From the NCBI GenBank assembly GCA_964016885.1, contig OZ024741.1, positions 160,394,001 to 160,458,000 on the forward strand: a stretch of DNA of 64,000 bases, given 5' to 3'. The first letter of the stretch is position 1. Each line of letters opens with the position of its first letter. A program made the position numbers and the translations under genes. Origin of the DNA: Eledone cirrhosa (Eukaryota). This document shows positions 57,630 through 64,000 of this stretch, in pieces. Below the pieces are notes generated by a model, which worked only from the letters and a program-made list of their open reading frames with translations, was not told where the DNA came from and searched no databases.

Positions 57630-57786
57630 ATCTTCTATACACAATCATACACACCCGTCTATGAGGACCGAATAAATTAAATTAACCGATATAAAAGACA
57701 CAGAAGCGAAAAGCGAAAACCAACCAAACAGTGAGTGTGTTCTGTTATTAATTCTGGCAATATTACACAAATATGACCCTCCCTAA

Positions 57787-57840
<54 letters not shown>

Positions 57841-58129
57841 TATGTATGTAAGTATGTATGTTTGTATGTCTGTATGCATAGATAGATAGATAATGTACCT
57901 GTATGTATATGTATATAAGTTTGAGAAAGAGATTGAATGTGTGTGTGTGTGTGTGTTAGTGTGTGTTAGGTATGTACGTATGTGTGCGTGTGTGGTAGGG
58001 TGAAATTAGAAAAATAGTTAAGTTTCTCAAAGGTCTGTTTACATAAACAATACATCCATGTTTTCACTTGGCTTCTTGAACATGTCTGAAAGATGTTGGG
58101 AAATTATAGTTAACTATGTACTATATTAT

Positions 58130-59754
58130 ACTTTGGTGTAGTGTGATGTGGCGTATGGTCTAGTGTGGTGTGGTATGGTGTAGTGTGGTGTGGTGAGGTG
58201 TGGTGTGGTGTGGTGTGGAATGGTGTGGTGTATTGTGGTGTGGTGCATGGTGCGGTGCGGTGTGGTGTGGTGTGATGTAACGTGGTATGGTGTTGTGGTG
58301 TATGGTCTAGTGTGGTTTGGTGTGGTGTGGTGTAACGTGGTATGGTGTTGTGGCGTATGGTCTCGTCTAGTGTGGTGAGGTGTGGTGTATGGTGTAGTGT
58401 GGAATGGTGTAGTATGGTTTGGTGTGGTGCATTGTGGTATGGTGAATGGTGTAGTGTGTTGTCGTGAGGTGTAACGTGGTATGGTGTAGTGTAGTGTGGA
58501 TTGGTGTGGTGTGGTGTGTTGAGGTGTGGTGTATGGTATAGTGTGGTGTGGTGTGGAATTGTGTAGTACGGTGTGGTGTGGTGCATTGTGGTGTGGTGCA
58601 TGGTGTGGTGTGGTGTAACGTGGTATGGTGTTGTGGCGTATGGTCTAGTCTAGTGTGGTGAGGTGTGGTGTGGTGTAACGTGGTATGGTGTTGTGGCGTA
58701 TAGTCTAGTGTGGTGAGGTGTGGTGTATGGTGTGGTGTGGAATGGTGTAGTATGGTTTGGTGTGGTGCATTGTGGTATGGTGAATGGTGTAGTGTGTTGT
58801 GGTGAGGTGTAACGTGGTATGGTGTAGTGTGGATTGGTGTGGTGTGGTGTGGTGAGGTGTGGTGTATGGTATAGTGTGGTGTGGTGTGGAATTGTGTAGT
58901 ATGGTGTGGTGTGGTGCATGGTGCGGTGTGGAGTGGCGTATGGTGTAGTGTGGTTTGGTGAGGTGTAACGTGGTATGGTGTTGTGGCGTATGGTGTAGTG
59001 TGGTGAGGTGTAACGTGGTATGGTGTTCTGTAGTGTGGATTTGTGTAGTATGGCGTGGTGTGTGTGATGTGGTGCAGTGTGGTGTGGCGTGTGGTGTGGT
59101 GTGGTGTAGTATGGTGTGGTGTGGTGTATGGTGTGGTGTGGTGCGGTGTGGTGTGGTGTGGTGCATGGTGTGGTGTGGTGTATGGTGTGGTGTGGTGCGG
59201 TGTGGTGTATGGTGTGGTGTATGGTGTGGTGTGGTGTAGTGTGGTGTATGGTGTGGTGTGGTGTATGGTATGGTGTGGTGTATGGTGTAGTGTGGTGTAT
59301 GGTGTGGTGTGGTACGGTGTAGTGTATGGTATTGTGTGGTGCGGTGTGGTGTATGGTGTGATGTGGTGCGGTGTGGTTTATGGTGTGGTGTGGTGTATGG
59401 TGTGGTGTATGGTGTGGTGTGGTGTATGGTGTGAGTGGTGCGGTGTGGTGTGGTGCGGTGTGGTGTGGCGTATGGTGTAGTGTGATGTGATGTGGTGTTA
59501 CGTGGTATGGTGTTGTGGCGTATGGTGTAGTGTGGTGTGGTGAGGTGTAGTATGGCGTGGTGTGTGTGATGTGGTGCAGTGTGGTGTGGCGTATAGTATA
59601 GTGTGGTGTGACGCATGGTGTGGTGTGGTGTAGTATGGTATGGTGTGGTGTGGTGCAGTGTGGTGTCGTGTGGTGCAGTGTGGTGTCGTGTATGGTGTGG
59701 TGTATTGTATAGTGTGGTGCGGTGCGATGTTGTGTAGGGTGTGGTGTGGTATGG
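58130..59754. repeat. Degenerate (GGTGT)n satellite, resuming at 63271-64000
   Basis: ggtgt/ggtat/agtgt pentamers with higher-order duplications. Confidence 0.95.
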
Positions 59755-60643
59755 CAGTGGTCGCCAACATGGGTTCCGCGGAACCTTGGGGTTCCGTAAA
59801 ACAAACTCTGGGTTCCTTAAAAAAATAAATATTTACATTACCATTAATATTTTGGGTTTTCTGAAAAAGGTGCAAAGAAAATGCCAAAGGTGCAATGTAT
59901 AAATGAACGAGTACTATTGTAGTGTACACAGGTTCACCACTCCAATTCGTGGAAAACACTACTTTCAGTTTCTCACTTGAATTAGCAGAAAAACACTGTT
60001 CTGAGATTCGTGAAAATTGAATACTTTCAATTTCACATCAATTCTTGGAAAGACATAGTGTTCTGAATTCCGAGACTACTACAGATAGTACACTTATTGA
60101 ACTTAGAAATTGACCAATCACGAACAAGTAAATGTTGGTCGATAACAGCATAACTTTAAACTGAAAACTTCAGTTCAGCGAGGTCTCTCAGCCGAGAGAT
60201 AGGGTCAGTTCGCTGTTCTCACAACGTAAGTTCAGTAGAATGTTTTCAATAGAGAACACGTTTTAATCTGCTGTCCTCACAAAAGCTTTAAAGTCGCTTA
60301 AAGTTTCCTCACAGAGTGAACTCGCTTACTAGTCGTTTTCAACATGCATCCAGTTCTACAGACAATTCTAAATAAGAACACGTTACATTCTGTTGTACTT
60401 TGCACAGAAAATATAACGCCTGTAAAGTTTCGACTACTAACAAAGGTAATTTTGTATTCCATGCATACACTATAAACTTTACCACACAATTATGTATTCA
60501 TTTGATGACATCTGCATTCACAATTGAGAAATTACTTTATACAATAAATACATATGTCCACAAACATTTGACTAAATTTTATTTGTTCCAATCTAATATA
60601 TGTTTAACGCAGCCTCAAGCCTTCTTATATTATATCTAACTTT

Positions 60644-60739
60644 AAAGGTTGACTTTGCCTTTCATCCTTACGGGGTCGATAAAATAAAGTACCAGTAATG
60701 CACTGGGTAATTGCTGGCCTTGTGCCTAAAGTAGAAACA
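60644..60739 (+). mobile_element. 5'-truncated SINE nested in the hAT with a 15-bp TSD
   Basis: ATTATATCTAACTTT at 60629-60643 and 60740-60754. Confidence 0.88.
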
Positions 60740-61207
60740 ATTATATCTAACTTTGAGTCAAAATAGATAGAAGATATCTGAATTAATTTCCAATACCATC
60801 GTCACATCTTCTACACTATCAGCTGATTTGCATTTTTTTGCACCTTTTAGTATGGCGGATATTTAAATATATTTACATTACCAATAATATTTAATACGAC
60901 CCTTTAGTAGTATATGCAGGAAGTGCTGGACTCTGAAAAAGATTTCTTCTAGTTGTTTATAAATTTGCACCTTTTTCAGTAACCCCTAATATTTTAATAT
61001 TATTATAAGACTTTAAATAATATGTTTGCCATCCTAAAATGGAGAAATTTCAATTTTTAAAAATTAAAAGTTTTTTTAACTAGTTAAGTTTTTCCAAATA
61101 TCTAAAATTAAAGTTAATTTAAGTACTTTTTGTAATAAAAAAAACTTAATTTCTCTTGTTTATTAATGTCATATTAAAAATGTTAACTGTAGATAAATAA
61201 CCTTGAT

Positions 61208-63116
61208 ATGATGTCTACTGCAAAGAAGCTGAAGTTAGATACCAGCAGTAAGGTTAGACAGTGGTGTGATGATTATGTTAGATATGGATTTCAAAAAGCT
61301 GACACTAAAAAAGATACACCAGATCAGCCCATGTGTTTGCTATGTTCAAAAGTTCTATCAAATAGCTGTTTAAATCCTGCAAAACTTAAAAGACACCTTG
61401 ATACTAATCACACCAATGATAAAAGCAAGTCACTGGAATACTTTACTTCGCTGAAAAACAACATCAAAAAATCACAAGCTAATATGTATGACTTGTTTTG
61501 TAAAAAGTCAGATAGAAATAAAGCTTTAACAAGAACATCTTTTGAAATTTCACATTTGATTGGTAAAAACAAGAAACCATTTACATTAGGAGAACAGTTA
61601 ATTCTGCCAAGTATAAAAATTGCTACAGAGAATCTTTTTGAAAGCTGCAGTATTAAGGACAAAGAAAAATTAAGCCAGTTACCATTGTCAGCAAATACCG
61701 TAAAAAGAAGGATAATTGATATTTCTTCTGATATAGAAAATCAGATACTAACTGCACTAAAGAAAAGCACATGTTTTGGTCTGCAAGTGGACGAAACTAC
61801 GGATATTAATAACAAGGCTCAATTAATTTGCTATGTACGGTTTGTAGACCTTGATAAAAAAGAATTAGTAGAAGAGTATTTGTTTTGTCTGGCACACAAC
61901 TAAAGGTCAAGACATCACAACTAAAGGTCAAGATATATTCAATAAAATTGAAGAGTATTTTTTTTTAAATGGTGTATCTTGGAGCAAGTTGACTTCAATA
62001 ACAACAGATGGAGCAGCTGCAATGACTGGTAAAAATTCTGGTTTGATTGCAAAAATTAAAGAATAGACCCCAAATTGTATTTCAAATCATTGTAGGATTC
62101 ATTGAGAGGTTTTGTGTTCAAAAAAATTCAAAGACAGAGATGCTCAAATATTAAATGACCAGCTGAAAGACATTGTCAAAATTATCAATTTGATCCATGC
62201 AAGAGCAAAAAATTCTAGAATGTTTGAATCTATTTGTGAATCTTCTGGAAGTAATTATAATAGATTGTTATTGAACAATGATGTGCGTTGGCTGTCTTTT
62301 GGGGATGCTATGAAGAGAGTTTTTGAACTGAGAGAAGAAATAATAGTTTTCCTAAAAAAACAGAATGATGAAAGAGCAAGTGTATTAGAAACCAATGAAT
62401 GGAATGTGCAACTCGCTTATTTAGTAGACATTTTTGGTGAACTGAACAAACTAAATAAGTGTCTTCAGGGTAACAATGCAGATATTTTTACTTCAATCAA
62501 TTTTATTACATATTTTCAATCAAAATTAAACATCTTTATAAAAAGAATTGAATCGGACAATTACTCATTACTTTCAAACCTTGAAATAGAGCTTAAAAAG
62601 AGAGAAGATCTTTACTCCAGCAATCTAAAGAAGATTATTCTTTCTCATTTAAATGTGCTTTCCACAAGTTTTTCAGATTATTTTGACTTGATGGAAAAAG
62701 ATATTGTTAGCGGAAATTTATGGATAAAAAACCCGTTCACCGAAATCGAGCAGTTAATGTCAGAAAATGACGCTGGAAATTGTAAAAATTTACTACCTGC
62801 ACAATGCTTACATCAGTTGATGGATTTGAATTCAAACGAAGACCTGAAAGTGATATTCGAAAGCAGAAAGAAAGAACTATGGATCGACTTATTCTTGATT
62901 GGGTAGTTTAATGAAATCAGCCAACTTGCATTGAAGTATTTGACTTTATTCCCATCTAGCTACTTGTGCGAAGGGTTTTCGCAGTTGGTAGAAATCTGCA
63001 CAAAGAAGATGAATAAACTGTCAGCAATTGACGAGTGTATGAGACTGGCATTAACTAGTGTTGAACCTCGATTTTCTAAACTCACTGATGAGGCGCAGCA
63101 GCAGAAAAGCCACTAG
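61208..63116 (+). pseudogene. hAT (Buster/Charlie, ZBED5/ZBED8-like) transposase with stops and frameshifts
   Basis: YVRYGF, PMCLLC..LKRHLDTNH (BED finger), PLSANTVKRRI, LQVDETTD, TTDGAAAM, VRWLS, FPSSYLCE.FS. Breaks near 61900, 62065, 62104, 62900 and 62970. Confidence 0.93.
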
Positions 63117-64000
63117 TTAATTGTGTTCGATTACATACACACGCACGAAACACTAAAATAAATAAATACTTCATTATTTTTTTTTTGAAAAGTTTTGTAT
63201 TGTATAGGTTCCGTGAAGAATTCAAAATATTTAGAGGGTTCCTCGGTTTTAGAAAGGTTGGCGACCACTGTGGTATGGTGTAGTGTAGAATGGTATAGTA
63301 TGCCGTCGTGTGGTGTGGTGCGGTGCAGTGTGGTGTTTGGTGTGGTGTGGTGTATGGTGTGGTGTGGTGCGGTGTGGTGTATGGTGTGGTGTGGTGCGGT
63401 GTGGTGTGGTGCGGTGTATGGTGTGGTGTATTATGCGGTGTGGTGTATGGTGTGGTGTGGTGCGGTGTGGTGTATGGTGTGGTGTGGTGTATGGTGTGGT
63501 GTGGTGTATGATGTGGTGTATGGTGTGGTGTATGGTATGGTGTATGGTGCGGTGTATGGTGTGGTGTGGTGCGGTGTGGTGTGTGGTGTGGTGTATGGTG
63601 TGGTATGGTGCGGTGTGGTGTATGGTGTGGTGCATTGTGTGGTGTGGTGCGGTGTGGTGTATGGTGTGGTGTGGTGTATGATGTGGTATGGTGTGGTGTG
63701 GTGTATGGTGTGGTGTATGGTTGGTGTGGTGTATGGTGTGGTGCGGTGTGGTGTAGTGTATGGTGTGGTGTATGGTGCGGTGTGGTGTACGGTGTGTTGT
63801 GGTGCGGTGTGGTGTATGGTGTGGTGTATGGTGTGGTGTGATGTGTGGTGTGGTGTATGATGTGGTGTAGGGTGTGCTGTGGTGTATGGTGTGGTGTGGT
63901 GTGGTGTATGGTGTGGTGTATGGTGTGGTGTATGGTGCGGTGTATGGTGTGGTGTGGTGGGATGTATGGTGCGGTGTGGTGTATGGTGTGGTGTATGGTT

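Larger units (their letters stand above)
59755..63270 (+). mobile_element. Complete Buster-family hAT transposon
   Basis: 14-bp TIR CAGTGGTCGCCAAC / GTTGGCGACCACTG; 8-bp TSD TGGTATGG (59747-59754, 63271-63278) fitting nnnTAnnn. Confidence 0.96.

Noticed and set aside
58110-59959. His/Thr/Pro-rich and Trp/Cys-rich ORFs
   Set aside because: Artefacts of the GGTGT pentamer satellite.
63085-63110. CTGATGAG motif
   Set aside because: Lies in transposase coding sequence with no hammerhead stems.

Overview
AT-rich, microsatellite-dense eukaryotic DNA, intronic or intergenic. The SINE and repeat style suggests an octopus or other cephalopod (inference). No confident host protein-coding gene was found; most ORFs in the track are (TA)n, (CA)n or (GGTGT)n artefacts. 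Recognisable transposons: Penelope-like element (PLE) fragments (one Neptune-type, three Naiad-type), a 5'-truncated DD37D Tc1/mariner transposase, a near full-length Tx1/L1-clade LINE, a complete Buster-type hAT with TIRs and an 8-bp TSD, pogo/Tigger-like MITEs, a Helitron remnant, RTE and R4-like scraps, tRNA-derived SINEs and a 45-bp minisatellite with a 924-codon open frame. The hidden layer is RNA-level. About 20 hammerhead ribozyme (HHR) motifs from roughly a dozen unrelated short elements sit between (TA)n tracts, mostly as fold-back palindromes. They show recurrent non-canonical cores (U4A, U3-A8, U.U at 10.1/11.1). One ~450-nt tandem unit couples its HHR to an upstream octamer / conserved box / TATA cassette resembling an snRNA-type promoter, making it a candidate retrozyme or newt satellite-2-like system. 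All RNA structures were folded by eye and are untested.
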